Assembly (NCBI RefSeq): GCF_009914755.1
Contig: NC_060942.1
Source of the DNA: the human T2T-CHM13v2.0 reference genome, Homo sapiens
Strand: one strand, 5' to 3'
Length of the DNA: 64,000 nucleotides
A program made the position numbers and the translations under genes. Positions within the stretch are counted from its first letter, which is position 1. Each line of letters starts with the position of its first letter. Positions 1 through 17,545 of the stretch are shown one piece after another. Under the pieces are notes generated by a model. It did no database searches, had not been told where the DNA came from, and saw nothing but the letters and a program-made list of their open reading frames with translations.

Positions 1-242
1 AAATGTCTGTACAATGTTAAGGCAAAATAAAGGCTTTTCCAGGCAAATAAAAACTGACATAATGCATTTCCACCAAATTTAAGCTACAGGAAATTATAAA
101 GAAAGTTCTTCAGAGAGAAGGAACATAACACCAGATGGAAATTTGGATACATACAAAGACATAAAAAGTGCTGAAAATGGTGAACATAAAGGTAAAAATA
201 AAATACACCTGCTTAATATAAATCACTGTAAAAGATAATGTC

Positions 243-574
<332 letters not shown>

Positions 575-1859
575 CTAAAACAAATACGGTAACAGCCTTT
601 ACGAGATATAGAACATATAGAAGGTAAAATTGCTTTTACTTCATGTTTTCCTTATTTGCTCATTTTATAAGAAAAATAGTCATCTAGAACTAAAGACAAC
701 AAGAGGAGAAATGGCAGGAAAGAAAATGGAAATAAACTGTTGTACTATGGGAACAGCTATACTATTTCTCACACTGTGGGAAAAGTGATATAATAAAGTA
801 GACTGCGATAATAGGTATATCATAAACTGTAGAGCAACTGATAAATATTTTTAAGAGGCATAATTAAAAAGTCAATACTGAAGGTAAAATGGAAGCATTA
901 AATAATACCCAATAAAATCTTTAAAAAGTCAGGAAAATATTTAAAAAAACCAAAACCATAATGGATAAATAGAACACTAACACCAAGATGAGGGATTTAA
1001 ATTCAGTCATACACATAAATATGTTACATATTTTTGGAAACCCACTTTAAATATAAATATACAAATAGGTAAATTGTAGGTTAAAAAGTATGGAAAAAGA
1101 TATGCAATACAAGCATTAATCAAAAGAAAGTTAAAATGGCTAAAGAAATGTTACCAGGGATGAAAAAGAAAAATACATAAAAATAAAGGGGACAATTCTT
1201 TAAGAGAACAAAATCATTCTATAAGTGTGTGCACCTAATAAGAGTGCTTCAAAATATACAAAGCAAAAAACTATAGAATAAAAAGGGGAAATACACAAAT
1301 CCACACTTACAGATGACTTAATCCTCTCTCAGTAATCAATGGAAAAAGTAAACAGAAAATTGGTAAGAACACAGAAGACATGAACAACACTCAACCGACT
1401 TGAACTAATTGATTATTGATGGAACACTCCACCCAACAACAGCAAAATACACATTGTTTTCATGGATGTGTAACATTCACAAGAAAAAACACATTCTGAG
1501 CCATGGAGGGGAAAATTATGTTTTAAAGAACTGAAATAATACAAAGTACATTGTTTGATAACAAAATTAAATTAGCAAAATTGAATTCATAGCTAAAACC
1601 TTCCCAGAAACAAAACCTCAAGCCCAGATGGCTTCACTTATGACTTTTACCAAATACTTCAAGAATAAATAATACTAATTTTAAACCTGCTGTTCCAGAA
1701 AATGTACACCAAGAGAGGAATATTTCCAATTCATTTGTGAGATCACCATTTTCTGATACAAAAACCAGTTTTAAAAATTAAGAAAAGAAAACTCCAGACA
1801 AATATCCTTCACAAATATGGGTGTTAAAATCAATAAACTGCAAGGAAATCAAATCATAA

Positions 1860-2153
<294 letters not shown>

Positions 2154-3419
2154 TAAGCTTGACAACGTGGTATTAATGTAAAGTTACAGGCATAAATCAA
2201 TAGAACAGAATACAAAGTCCAAACGTAGACCTAGACATACATTGTCAATTAATTTTCCATAAAGATGCCAAGGTAATTCAAAGGAGAACAAATAGCGTTT
2301 TCCACAAATGTTCCTGAAACAACTTGAAATCCATATTCCAAACAAAAATCAAACCTTGGCCCCTACAGTGCACCATATATAAAAAGATCTCATTGTAAAA
2401 CTCACAAATATAAAACTTCACTAGAATAAAAGAAAATATTGTGAACTTCTGATAGGAAAAGATTTCTTAGTACACAAAAAAGCTGAGACTCATTTAAAAA
2501 TTAATTAATTGGGCATCATCAAAATTTTTAAAATCTGCTTTTTGAACAATATTGTTCAGAAAATGAAAAGATGAACCACAGACTGAGAGAAAATATTTGC
2601 AAAATACATATCTGGTAAATAAACTGTCTCCAGAATATATTAAGAACTCTCAAAACTCAATAATAAGAAAAATAATTCTTAAAAAATGGACAAAAGATTT
2701 GAATACATATTTAACTCAAGGAGAGCATATAAGTACATGAAATGTTACTTAAGATCATTAATTATTAGGGAAATGGCAAAACAAAACCACAGTGAAACAC
2801 CACCACACACTTACAGAAAAGCTGTATTTTCTCCTGCCGCAGGAGAGCCTGTGAAATGTCCCATCATGGAGATGCGGGGAGAGAAGACCCTGAGTGCCTC
2901 CAGGAGCAGGGCACATGGGGGTCATTGTCATGGACAAAGGATCAGAAGTGACATCAAATGCCTAACTTGAAGTTAGAAAGCAACAAAGCAATATCTTCAA
3001 AGCTCTGAGGGGAAAATATTTTTAATCTGAATTTTCTTCTGATGGAGAATGTGAGAGTGACTTAATACCAGAAACAGAAAACTACACAAGGCAAATAGGT
3101 AACTATTAACTCCAGGGAAAATAAAAGTGGTAGAAGAAAGAAAATGGAATCACAGGAAACTCTAAGCTAAAAAAATTTTCATACTTATAATAGATGCACT
3201 AAATATTTTTAAAATTAAATATTAATGTTGGAAGTTAGTGTTCGTGTGAATAGTAGAAATTAAGAGACAGTACTGGAAAATGGAGCTGTATGAACACATA
3301 CTTGAGGAACACAGTGATAAACATCAAAAGTAACAGGCTTGCCCCTGTTGGGAAGAAGAATGCTGTTTTTTATCTATAAGACTTGTAATACAACTAAGTA
3401 TGTGGGTAATTGTTTTCAA

Positions 3420-6400
3420 GTTTTTTTAAATTGTGGTTGTTTGGGTTTTTATTGTTGAGTTTTAGAAACTCTATATATACCCTGGATATTAATCCCTTAT
3501 CAGATATATGATATGCAAATTTTTTCCACTCTGTAGGCTGCCTTTTCACACTGTTGATACTCATTGTCCTTCGATGTATGGAAGTTTTTAATTTTCATGA
3601 AGTCCAATTTGTCTATTTTTTCTTTTGTTACCTGTGCCCTTGCTGTCATATTCAAGAAATCATTGCCAAATCCAATGTCATGAAGCTTTTTCTCTACGTT
3701 TTCTTTTAAGAACTTCAATAGTTTTAGTTCTTAGGTTTTCTTATGTTTAGGTCTTTGATTCATTTTGAGTCAGTTTTTGTATAAGAGTCCAATTTCATTC
3801 TTTTCCATGTGAATATCCAGTTTTCCCAGCACCACTTGTTGAAGACTCTCTTTTCCCCACTGAATAGTCTTGGCTCCCTTGTTGAAAATCATTTCACCAT
3901 AACTGCAAGGGTGTATTTGTGAGCTCTCTATTCTACTCCACTCTCTATTCCATCTCTATCCCCATGTGAGGACCACACTGTTTTGATTGCTGTAGCTTTT
4001 CGGTAAGTTCTGAAATCAGGAAGTGTGAGTCCTCCAACTTTGTTCTTTTTCATGATTGTATAGACTATTCAGGGTCCCTTGAGAGTCAATATAAATTTTA
4101 GGATGGATTTTTCTTTTTATTCTCAAAATGTCTTTGGAATTTTGATAAAGATTAAGTTGAATCTGCTTATATCGCTTAGGGTAGGTTGACTTTTTTTAAA
4201 CTTTTATTTTAGGTTCAGGCATACATGTGCAGGTTTGTTATACAGGTAAATTACATGTCACAGGGGCCTGGTGTAAACATCATTTCATCACTCAGGTAAT
4301 AAGAGAGGTAAAAACTATCCCAGGTAGATTTTCGATCTCTCTCCTCCCACTCTCCACCCTCAAGAATCCCCCCAGTGTCTCTTGTTGTTTTATTTCTGTC
4401 CATGTATACTCAATGTTTAGCTCCCACTTGCAAGTGAGAACATGGGATATTCTGTTTTCTGCTCCTCTGGTAGTTCACTTAGGATAATGGTCTCCAGCTC
4501 CATCCACATTGCTATAAAGGACATGATCTCATTCTTTTGGATGACTGTGTAGTATTCCATGGTGAATATGCACCACAGTTTATTTATCCAATCTACCATT
4601 GACAGGCATTTGAGTTGACTCCATGTCTTTGAGATTGTGAATAGCGCTGAGATGAGCATACACATGCATGTGTCTTTATGGAAGAACAATTTATATTCCT
4701 TTGGGTATATACTCAATATCAGGACTGCTAGATTGAATGGTAATACTACTAACACTACTTTGAGTTCTTTGAGAAATCACTACACTGCTTTCCACAATGG
4801 CTGAACTAATTTACATTCCCACCCGCAATGTATAAGTGTTCACTTTTCTCTGCAACCTCACCAGCATCTGTTATTTTTTTGACTTTTTAATAATAGCCAT
4901 TCTGACTGGTGTGAGATAGTCTCTCATTGTGGTTTTTGATTTGCATTTCTCTAATGAGTGAGCATATTTTCATATGCTTGTCAGCTACATATATGTCTTT
5001 TGAAAAAATGTCTGTTCATGTCCTTTGTCCACTTTTTTAATGGGGTTGTTTGTTTTTTGCTTGTTAGTTTAAGTTCCTTATGGATTCCAGATATTAGACT
5101 TTTGTCAATGCATAGTTTGCAAATATTTTCTCTCATTCTGTAGGTTGTCTGTTTACTCTTTATAATTTCTTTTGCTATGCAGAAGCTTTTTAGTTTAATT
5201 AGGTCCCATTTGTCAATTTTTGGTTTTGCTGAAGTTGCTTTTGGTGTCTCTGTCATCAAATCTTTGCCAGGGCCTATATCCAGGATGGTATTTCATAGGT
5301 TATCTTCCATAGTTTTTATACTTGTAGGTTTTACTTTTAAGTGTTTAAACCATCTTGAGTTGATTTTTGTACATGGTATAATGAAGGGGTCCAGCTTCAA
5401 TCTTCTGTATATGGCTAGCCATCTATCACTGCACCTTTTATTGAAGAGGGAGTCCTTCCATCCATTGCTTGTTTTTGCCTACTTATCAAAGATCAGATAG
5501 TTGTAGGTGTATGGCTTTATTTCTGGGCTCTCTATTCTGTTACATTGGTCTATGTGTCTGTTTTTGTACCAGTACCATGCTGTTTTGGTTACAGTAGACT
5601 TGTATAGTTTGAAGTCTGGCAATGGGATGCCTTAACAATATCACATTTTCTAATACACGAACATGGCTTTCCACTCATTTGTGTCACCCTGAAGTTCTTT
5701 CAGCAATGTTGTATACTTTTCAGTGTACAAATCTTTTACTTCTTGGTTAATTCCTAAGTATTTTATTATTTCTGATGCTACTGCAAATTGAGGTGTTTTC
5801 TTAATTTCCCTTTCTGATTGTTTATTGTTACAGTAAAGAAATGCAACTGATTTTTGTGTGTTGATTTTGTATCCTGCCATTTTGTTGAATTGGTTTATTA
5901 GTTCTACCAGATTTTTTTATGTTAGGGTTATCTACACACATAATAATTTTGGCTTCTAACAGATATGATTTTACCTCTCCCTTTCCGTTAGGATGCCTTT
6001 TATTTCACTTTCTTACCAAATTAGTCAGGCTAGATCTATGCTGAAACAAAATGATGAAAGTGGGTATCTTTACCTTGTTCCTGATCTTACAGGAAAAGCT
6101 TTCAGACATTCACCATTGAGTATGATATTCCCTGTGGGTTTTCATATATATCCTTTATTATGCTGAGGTAGTTCCCTTCTGTCTCTACCTTGTTGAATGT
6201 TTTTGTCATGAAAGGGTGTTGAATCTTGTCAAATGCTTTTCTGCCTTAATTGCAATAGCATGTGGTTTTTTCTCTACATTTTGTTGCCGTGGTATATTAC
6301 ACTGATTAATTTTCATATGTTGAGCCATCCTTGCATTTCAGTAATAAATCCCACTTGGTTATGGTGTATGTAATCTTTTTCATATACTGTTGATTTTGGG

Positions 6401-6665
6401 TTTTCTAGTATTTTATTGAGGATTTTTGCATCAGTGTTCCTGAAGAATATTGGTCTACAGTTTTCTTTTTGTTTCTTTGTTTGGCTTTGGTATTATGGTA
6501 ATTATGTTGGCCTCATAAAATAAGTTAGGAAGTGTTCCCTCATCTTCTGTTTTTTGGAAAAGTTTGAGAGGGAGTGGTACTGGTTCTTAAAATGTTTGCT
6601 AGAATTCACTAGTCAAGCCTAGGGCTTTTCTTTGTCAGGAGGTTTTTGTATTACTGATTCAATCT
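3420..6665 (-). mobile_element. Older L1 (L1MA/MB-type) ORF2 segment, split by a younger L1 at about 4190-5632
   Basis: ORFs 3500..3718 (KEKIDKLDFMKIKNF) and 5650..5880 ([15 protein letters not shown]) are L1 ORF2-like; sequence reads continuously if 4190-5632 is removed (gggtaggttgac / cttaacaatatc). Confidence 0.8.
4190..5632 (-). mobile_element. 5'-truncated L1 3' end (older L1PA, roughly L1PA13-16)
   Basis: T-rich tail at 4191-4210, then aggttcaggcatacatgtgcaggtttgttatacaggtaaattacatgtc 3'UTR; ORF2 C-terminal fragments in ORFs 4417..4755 and 4981..5259 ([14 protein letters not shown]). Confidence 0.85.
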
Positions 6666-7029
6666 ATGAATCATTTTAGTTAGAATATTTTAATAAAATA
6701 AATATGATTTATTGCATATTTTATGAAGCAGGAGTCATGAATAAAATGTGAGCAAAACATAGTCCTTGCTCACACAAGGTTCACAGAAAATTGTGCCTAC
6801 CTTAGAAAAATCCAGTTTTATTCATTTTATTTTCTTTGTTATGTCTGAATTTTCTAATATTGTTATCAGAAGAAAAAAAAGTTTATGGAGGATACTCTGA
6901 AAATATTTATGAAATACTTAAAATTTTTTTCCATACTCAGTAATCTAGTAATTCTACTTACAACAGTCATAAAAAATAACTAACATATATAATTTTTTGA
7001 AAGGATTTCCTCCCGATCATTATTTATAA

Positions 7030-9455
<2,426 letters not shown>

Positions 9456-9460
9456 AAGAA

Positions 9461-10500
9461 ATAAAGACGTATGTCCACAGAGAAAATTGTACATGAATGC
9501 TTACAGTGGCATTTCTAATAATAACCAAAAGGTACAACTAAACCAAATGTTCATCCACAAATCGATGGGTAAACAAACTGTGGTATGTACATACAATGGA
9601 ATGTTATTCAGCCATAAAAAGGAATGAAGTACTGAGACATGCCACAACTTGGATGAACCTTGAAAATACGATGTCAAGTGAAAGAAGCTAGATACAAAAG
9701 GTCACATATTGTATGATTCCTTTCATGTAATATATCAAGAATAGGCAAAGTCATAGAGGTGGAAAGCTGATTAAAGGTGCCAGGGAAATAGGGGTATGGA
9801 CGGGTATAGGGAATGTCTACTTAATAATCACAGAAGTTTTTACAGGGAATAAAAAAGTTTTGAAACTAGAGAGAGCTGGTGGTTGCATAACATTGTGAAT
9901 ACATTAAATACCACCAAATTGCACACTTTAAAATGGTTAACTGTATGCTGTGTGAATTTTACATCAATAAAAGAAGAATAAAATAGTAGCAAATTTAATA
10001 AAGTAAGTACTAGATTTGTAAACTGAAAACTACAAATTATAATTGAAAGAAAATTTTAAAAGGCCTTTATAAATGGAAAGAAGTCCTGTGTTCATGGGAA
10101 GAGAAACTTAATATTGTGAAGATGACAATACTCCACCAATTGATCTACAGATTCAGTGCACCACTATCAAAACCCCAGCTGGCTTTTTTGCAGAAATTCA
10201 CAAGTTAATTCTAAAATTCAGATAGAAATGCAAGGGACTGAGAAGAGCAAAAACAATTGTGAAAAAGAACGGTGCTGGAGGACTCATGTGTTCCAATTTG
10301 GAAATTTACTACAAAGCTACAGTAATCAAAGCATGATACTGGTATAAATTGGACATACGAACCAATGAAAAAGAACTGAGGGACCTGAAATAAACTCACA
10401 CTCTATGAGCAATGGATTTTCAATAAGGGTGACAATAGGGAAATAATAGTCTTTTGTAACAAATCTTTATGACCTTAGATTAGGCAATGCTTTTGCAGAC
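9461..10500 (+). mobile_element. Old L1MB-type 3' end (to about 9985) followed by another old L1 ORF2 fragment
   Basis: atgtccacagagaaaattgtacatgaatg...cactttaaaatggttaactgtatg...catcaataaaa, then ctgaaaactacaaa...tactacaaagctacagtaatcaaa. Confidence 0.8.
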
Positions 10501-11531
10501 AGAACTAGCATGTTAATGATGGTATAATCCTGGAACTCTAATTCCAAATGTGCTGCGCAGAATTTTTCTAGGCTCACACAACGCCAAGAGACTTACACAC
10601 TGAGCCTATTCATGAAGTGTAGTGAAAATAAGCTGGAAGCAGAGAAGAAGATATTTCACCAGATGAAAATGGGAAGAAGCATTCCATGTCTCTAGGCACA
10701 CCAACTCAAACCACACACTCAGATCTGACAAGCATTTCATCTCATCTTAAGGAACATCATTCTAAAGTTAGTTTTAGCCACTTTTACAGAAAAATAAAAC
10801 AAATGACTCCAAATCTCTCTATATATCAAAATCAAAATTTAAGGTGTTAAATATTTCATAAACCTTTCTAGACCAAACAGGCATTTTTGAATAATTTGTG
10901 ATTTTGATTTGGCTTCTTTATTGTTTTTAATTCTTGAAATTATCTTCACTAAATTCAAGAATTTGATGAGAAGTCCTAATATTTTTCTATATTTAAGGCG
11001 AAAACATTAAAAAACAGCAAAAGTATGAATCATTTGAATCAAAACAACATTTGTTCCATTCTGGAATGGCACATCCCTTACTCTACATTTCTTTCTGTAC
11101 ATTTTTTATTGAAAGAAAATATCTGTCTGCTTGAACACTTGTGTTAAAAATACTAAGATTATACAGCCTGTATTTCTAATTCATTTTAAATTAAAAACAA
11201 AGGGATTTGACAGAGCAAGTCTCTAAACATTTCATAACATTTCTGTAATGAAAAAAATAACTAACTAGATAGAGTCCTTATTTAAATGTTTAGCTAAGAT
11301 GTTAATTTGGTTTGGGGAAGGAAGTCTGGCAAGTTTGGAGACCCATTGTTAAGTTAGTCTTACTGCTTTAGATTTCTGTACTTCTACATTGAACTCCAAA
11401 GTTAATTATATTTAATAATCATAGCATTCAATTAATGAATTGTTATTAGATAAATTATGTAAGTAGAAATAGCTAGTTTTAAGTATCAGTATTCAACAAT
11501 GGTACTCATTTAGTTGGATAAAAATTTTTAG

Positions 11532-11960
<429 letters not shown>

Positions 11961-12080
11961 TAGTGTTTTTATCATATTAAATAGATATGTATTAAAATCT
12001 GGTCTTCATAAACAAAATAAAAATGAGGACTGCCACTCACACAGAGATGACTTCAAAGAAAACCCAGGCAGTCCACTCAC

Positions 12081-12157
12081 CTTGGGGTGCTATCAGAGTT
12101 CTTCCATTCTCCTGACACCAACCAACTGGCTGGACATAAGGGCTATTAACATCGCAC
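12081..12157 (-). CDS. L3MBTL4: L3MBTL4 coding exon, 77 nt, phase 2 to 1 (end of MBT repeat 2)
   Basis: tttttgcag|G TGC GAT GTT...CCC CAA G|gtgagt; (W)CDVNSPYVQPVGWCQENGRTLIAPQ(G). Confidence 0.97.
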
Positions 12158-12368
12158 CTGCAAAAACAGAGCTCTATATTACGTTCCGTTTTACTTCATG
12201 CCAGAGAAAGAATTCAAGAGTAACAATCATTCTGGATATCAACAGATACCACAGAAAACAGTACTTCATAGCTGGAGAGAATTAGAAGGAATTTTCAGTA
12301 CTGCATTAGTAGGCTGTTACCAAGCTTCTCTTTCACATAAGCTTCTTGAAATTTAAAAGTATAAAATT

Positions 12369-12735
<367 letters not shown>

Positions 12736-13091
12736 TTAATAAACTTCTACCACTTCTTGCTGGCAGCAAGAGAAAATATTAATAGGACAGTCCAATCAGA
12801 CTCCAGATGACATCTTTCCTCCTTGTCCTTTTCAAAGAACCCAGAATATTCTGCCTAAGACACATATACAACAATACCTCTCTGCTTTGCCTCTGAGTTC
12901 AAAGGAGAAGACAGGGCCCATCAGGCACATAAAGAACCACTGCCTCAGGCAGGGACATATGTGGAGGGACATATGTGGAGAAATGCTATAAAAATTATTT
13001 TTGCCATGACCTCTTGCATATTTCAGGTTTTTAATCAAAAAAAAAAACCCTTTCAACTCATGTCATGTTATTTTAATGGCATGCATGGTAG

Positions 13092-13502
<411 letters not shown>

Positions 13503-13833
13503 TTAGACAAAAAAAAAAAATGCTGAAAGTTTTTAGCTTCCTCTTCACAGAAATGCTGTCCTCACAAATTAGACAAAATACAGCAAAGTGTCCTGAACAG
13601 GTTATATTATTTCAGATGAGGCTTCACTGGGTAACCTCTACAGATGGAGAAGTTTCTAGGGCTCTTTAATTCAGTAATTCACATGGAAGAGAAGGTAATG
13701 AACAGTCAACCACCAAATTCCTAATGCTCATCACTATTAGAAGAGCAAAAACAGCAACAGTGCTAGAATGAAAACAAATTCTTAACATCAAACATATGAA
13801 TACACAAAAATAAAACACACATTCATATCTCAC

Positions 13834-13988
13834 CAGTAATCGTAACTATCATCCCAGTTGTCAAAATGCACTAGTAAGCGATCTTCAACAATATCTGCTA
13901 TGGTCGCCACACACACCAAGGAAGGGTTCTTCCTGTCCACGGCCTCCAGCTTCATTCCAACCTGAAATTCTTTAGACATTGGCCCATT
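13834..13988 (-). CDS. L3MBTL4: L3MBTL4 coding exon, 155 nt, phase 0 to 2 (MBT repeat 2 core)
   Basis: gcgttag|AAT GGG CCA ATG...GAT TAC TG|gtgaga; NGPMSKEFQVGMKLEAVDRKNPSLVCVATIADIVEDRLLVHFDNWDDSYDY(W). Confidence 0.97.
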
Positions 13989-15473
13989 CTAACGCAGCAC
14001 CAGCAGGGGAAGAAGCACAAAAAGAAACAGGACACCAAATAGGACTGAGCCACTGTCAAAACTTCTATGTTTAGCAACAGCAAAGTCTACAGGTGTCAGC
14101 ACTTAGCCTCTGGACAAAGCCATCAAATGCCTGTAAAAATATCCGGCAACTGTCACACAGTTTATATTCATAACAAAGGCCCAGGAAACTAGCTTTCCTT
14201 TGTGCTTTTGCCTTTTGTTGTGCAGGGAGGTTTTCTTTCCCTTATCATCTTCATATTTCCCTCTTTTTTCTTAGAATAATTTGTATTAATTTTAAAATAT
14301 GATGTTTACTGAACACAATAGTATCAAATAACCTTCTCTGCTTCCCATAGGCTTTTGAAGTTTCCAAATGCCACTATTTGAAAAAGTGGTGAAGATATGC
14401 TCTAATTAGCACCAAAGTATCCTGTTAATTTGATTACTCAATCTGAAAATAAGTGGCTTTTTCAATATTTAAGAAATACATGCTTAAATAAAATTATAAT
14501 TTAAAATGTGTATTTATATATAATTTATATATATTTAACATATAATTTAAATTTATAATTTTAAAATGTGAGTGCTTTTTTACTATCTGTGCTTTTCTTA
14601 GTATAAAAATACTATGAACTATGATTTACAATAACATAACAATTACAAACCCACCCTTCATATATCTATAATTAGCCAATCCTGGGATTTAGGGAGTACA
14701 TACAGTATCCGGGAACTGAAAGAGGGTGTTTTTCTCTACTTCTCTTTCATCAAACCCTGATTTTTATTCTCCTTCAGCACATTCTATTTTTACAGCAACT
14801 TCACGTTTTAATAGCTCCTTTTCTTGATACAAATCTAGGAAACATATTTAACGATTGTATAACACTGCTTTCAAGATCACAGAAGTGATGTCTGGAGAAA
14901 TTCAGTGAGTGGCCTGCACAGTGACACCGCCTGCCAGTGGCAGAGCCGACTTCTGGAGTTGCAATTTATTCTCCTCCACTGAAGGTTCACTAGATTTCTG
15001 GGGACACGGATGGCATAAGAAGTGTGATCTACCCAGATCCGCAGAACACCCCTTCAATTAGTACAAAATGTTACTCTCATTTTCATTACACTTAAATATA
15101 TCTAGGCTGGGTACATTCAAAGCCTACTTAGAGTATCTGCTGGTTTCAAAACACCAAAAGCAAGATTAAAGGATTAACTCCCTGTAAGGGAAAACATTTT
15201 TAAAAGACACTTTCAATTTTAGTAGGCTTTAAACATAAAGTTTTTAAGTTTTCCCAACTTTTTCTCATCTAATTGAAGTATTTAATTATACTTTTAAAGG
15301 AAGAAAACCAAGATATGCCCACAAGAAACTGACGAATTAGGTGAGAAAAGTGACAGGAAGTTAACAGTTTCCATAACTTCTTAAAGGATTAAAATAAAAC
15401 AGAATATATAGTGAATTTTAAGAAATTTAAGCTTGGGGGAAATTTGATTTATGCTGGGAAAGAAAATACTTAC

Positions 15474-15565
15474 AGGACTTCTGTTTCTGAATAATTTCTT
15501 TGGAGCATTTTGCAATTTGCAGGCCTTCAAGTAATCCATCCAAACAAATTTATCTTTTCTATAAC
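15474..15565 (-). CDS. L3MBTL4: L3MBTL4 coding exon, 92 nt, phase 1 to 0 (start of MBT repeat 2)
   Basis: gctttttttag|GT TAT AGA AAA...AGA AGT CCT|gtaagt; (G)YRKDKFVWMDYLKACKLQNAPKKLFRNRSP; contained in ORF 15381..15578. Confidence 0.97.
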
Positions 15566-15627
15566 CTAAAAAAAGCACAGATTACTCAAAATACCCAAAA
15601 GATGTAATCACATGCATATTAAATATA

Positions 15628-15708
15628 TTAGGTTGGTGCAAAAGTAAGTGCGGTTTTGGCCATTACTTTTAATGGAAAAAAAACGCAATTACTTTTGCAC
15701 CAACCTCA
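15628..15708. mobile_element. MADE1 (Hsmar1-derived MITE, palindromic)
   Basis: ttaggttggtgcaaaagtaagtgcggttttggccatta...aatggaaaaaaaacgcaattacttttgcaccaacctca, 81 bp of terminal inverted repeats flanked by TA. Confidence 0.93.
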
Positions 15709-16199
15709 TATGGTTATTATTAGTGTCCTGCCATAAATTCAACGTCCTTAGCACCCACAAAAGATTTAAATTAAAATCTCCAAATTGTTTCACCTTTTTA
15801 AAATGTATTATGTGCAAAACTGTTGATAGTGCTTCCCCATCACGCGCATCATTCCCGATACAATTTCACATGCTCTGATACGGAGTCAGTACTCTGGTGG
15901 CCTGATGGGAGTCTCATCGCCCATTAAGGCTTTCCTGAATGGGCAAAGGGATGAGACCAGAGTTCCCGTACCTGTCCCCACTCCTGAGGAAGAGACTTTA
16001 CAGAGACCATCAGAGGTCCTGAGGGTGCAGCCATCCAGGATGCCAGGCACAGAAACGCCTTCTCAATCCAATGCCCACTCCACAGCTCCAGCTTTCTGCG
16101 CCGCATCTTTACTAGTCTCCCATTAAAAACTGCTGCATCCTCCCATTCGCATGCCCTGGCGTGGCTCTCACACAGTGCTGGCCAAACAGTACAGGCTCA

Positions 16200-16625
16200 A
16201 AATATGGTTCTGAGCACCAGCCTTGGAACAGAAGTCAAACTCCCTGCACAGCCTTCCAGGCCTGGGAACACCACCCTCTTCGTCCCCGACCTTCCCACCT
16301 GGGCGCTTCTCTGCTGTCTCCCTGAGATGACTCATCCTCGCAAAGCGCACTCCTGCCCCGGCGCCTGCTCCTGTTCTTCCCTTGGAGGGCTTACCCAGAC
16401 ACCACACTGCTTCCTCTGTCATTTCACCCACGTCTCTTTGGAACATTATGTCCACAGAGAGGCCTTTCTCCCCCATGCTTTCTGAAAGAGTGTCCCTGCA
16501 GCCACCGCCATTATCCTTCTCCTCTGAAATGAAGCCCCGTGGAGATAGAGACATTGCTTTACTTGCTACTGGCCCTCAGTGCCTCACGTGGTAAGGGCTC
16601 CATAAATACCTACTGAATGAATGAG
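16200..16625 (+). mobile_element. L2 3' end relic
   Basis: Ends ...cagtgcctcacgtggtaagggctccataaatacctactgaatgaatga, typical L2 terminus. Confidence 0.6.
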
Positions 16626-17409
16626 CCTGTAGCCTGTCACCAGCTTCCTCCAAACCAGCAACCTCAAGGACTCTGCCATCAGCCTCAGGGGAGGATCCCA
16701 AGGGACACCCTGAGTGGATAACTAGGAATAAAGGACTGTATACTGACTCCAGAAGTTGCCACAGACATCGAACAGTCTGACATCCAAGCCAGAGACAATG
16801 TACAGAAGTTTGCTGTGCAAAGATATGAGCCCGTCAGCATCATCCTTGACCACATCCCCACCTCACTTGCACACAGCAAATCGAAAAGGTTTTGGTCACA
16901 TCTGCCTGGCCCAGACTCCTCTAGCACATAACAAAACCATGATATTTTTCATTCCCATCGAAAGAAAATAGTGATTTTTTTCATAGTTCTTTGTTTTCCG
17001 TGATTCCTAAGTCTGAAACAAATTACTTACAGTGAATCAAGTTTCCTCACCTTGCTGTATCATTGATTAGATATTTTGTTTCAACCATGATTTAAATATT
17101 AGTCTGCACTGCTTATAAGGTTTAATAAACTTTATATAAAATAAAATAAAATGCTTTCATAATATTTTATTTCTGCCTTCTGTACATTATCAGAATATTT
17201 GACCTAAATAGTCATTTATGCTTTTCTTTAAAGACATTTACTTCTAAAAATGGTACCATTATAGTCTTACTACTCTTTATGGAACACAATTTCATTTTGG
17301 AAATCAATCCACACCAGGATCTCTTCTTCGAATTTCATAAAGTATTGTTAAAATATAAGTGAAATACCAATTGATTCTCTTTCCAGTTGGTAAATGTATC
17401 CTGGCTTAC

Positions 17410-17545
17410 CCTTAGGGATGTGCAGTTCATGTTTGGTCTTTTCACACCATCCTACTGGATGAATGTCAGGGGAACCAGCATTGGTCCAAAAATCATAGCA
17501 ACTTAAATAACCATCAAAATGAAGTCTTAGACGGTAACCACAAAC
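17410..17545 (-). CDS. L3MBTL4: L3MBTL4 coding exon, 136 nt, phase 0 to 1 (end of MBT repeat 1)
   Basis: tcttgcag|GTT TGT GGT TAC...CCT AAG G|gtaagc; VCGYRLRLHFDGYLSCYDFWTNAGSPDIHPVGWCEKTKHELHIPK(G); contained in ORF 17348..17551. Confidence 0.97.

Noticed and set aside
15381-15473. ORF-track extensions of MBT exons into introns (also 17348-17409)
   Set aside because: Strong GTAAG donors mark the exon ends and phases match the next exons; the extensions are intron read-through.
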